From positions 32,001 to 96,000 of the forward strand of contig CAWCTR010000008.1 in NCBI GenBank assembly GCA_963798485.1: a stretch of DNA of 64,000 bases, written 5' to 3'. Positions 63,486 to 64,000 of this stretch are shown here, in pieces. The stretch comes from an uncultured delta proteobacterium. GTDB lineage: Bacteria > Desulfobacterota > Desulfomonilia > UBA1062. The notes below the pieces were generated by a model, which had not been told where the DNA came from, did no database searches, and saw nothing but the letters and a program-made list of their open reading frames with translations. The position numbers were made by a program, and so were the translations under genes. Every line of letters starts with the position of its first letter. Position 1 is the stretch's first letter.

Positions 63486-64000
63486 TATCGGTAGCTATTT
63501 CTTCAAGGAAGCTGTCCAGTGTCCGCTTGAGGGCCTCATCAAGGCCCACCTTGGGCTCCCATCCGAGCCTTGTTTTGGCATTCTTTATTGAAGGGACCCT
63601 GGTCTGTATGTCCTGGTAGCCGACGCCGTAGAATTCACCTGACGGCTTTATGATGATTTCGGAAAAGGTCTTATCTTTCTTATGGTCCGGGTGCTGCTTG
63701 AACATCTCGAGAAGCTTATGGGCAAGATCCTTGATGGAAAGGTTATTGGCCGGGTTGCCTATGTTGAAGATCTGCTTGCTCGCTTGAGAGCCCTCATTGT
63801 GAAGGATCTTCATGAGTGCGCCGATGCCGTCGTCTATATAGGTGAAGGACCTGCTCTGCATGCCGCCATCCACCAAGGCGATCGGGGTCTTGAAGACCAG
63901 CGATGCTATGAACTGGGTCACCACCCGTGAGGAACCTTCCTTTGCCGTCTCCAGTGAATCCAGCCTCGGGCCGATCCAGTTGAAGGGCCTTATCAAGGTA
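63478..64000 (-). CDS. arnA: ArnA-like UDP-glucuronate decarboxylase, C-terminal part (cut by window edge)
   Basis: RPFNWIGPRLD, SSRVVTQ, LVDGG.Q.R.FT, FNIGNP, YGVGYQD...RVPSI. Confidence 0.88.
   Translation of the reverse strand, partial: TLIRPFNWIGPRLDSLETAKEGSSRVVTQFIASLVFKTPIALVDGGMQSRSFTYIDDGIGALMKILHNEGSQASKQIFNIGNPANNLSIKDLAHKLLEMFKQHPDHKKDKTFSEIIIKPSGEFYGVGYQDIQTRVPSIKNAKTRLGWEPKVGLDEALKRTLDSFLEEIATDNA

Noticed and set aside
1-64000. CRISPR arrays, tRNA, rRNA, intact transposase or integrase
   Set aside because: No regularly spaced direct repeats, cloverleaf signatures or DDE/tyrosine recombinase ORFs seen by eye

Overview
Chromosomal window from an anaerobic, Gram-negative bacterium. 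The gene content (NrfD/DsrP module, multi-PAS kinase, AsmA, ArnAD) is typical of Desulfobacterota/Syntrophales-like deltaproteobacteria; this placement is an inference. Ordinary housekeeping genes (two-subunit fumarate hydratase, mobA, leuA, SDRs, nitroreductases, arnAD, asmA) alternate with AT-richer accessory segments and many gene remnants. Four systems stand out. (1) A Cyc2-like cytochrome-porin lies next to a tetraheme cytochrome/4Fe-4S/NrfD module and small cytochromes c, and is flanked by two inverted, reciprocally decayed copies of a cytochrome c + cyc2 pair. (2) A TatT (TRAP-T) lipoprotein and a small Gly-rich secreted protein head a Dpp/Opp-type ABC operon instead of a TRAP transporter; the binding protein has a coiled-coil insertion and a nested palindromic DNA element in frame. 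(3) An operon of lysine 2,3-aminomutase, two Ddl-like ATP-grasp ligases and a GNAT is transcribed divergently from a MacAB-type exporter. (4) A hydantoinase-A-like protein without a B subunit is translationally coupled to an HDAC-family hydrolase. I recognised no rRNA, tRNA or CRISPR array. Several single-base frameshifts may be sequencing errors. All family assignments come from motif recognition by eye; no database search was run.
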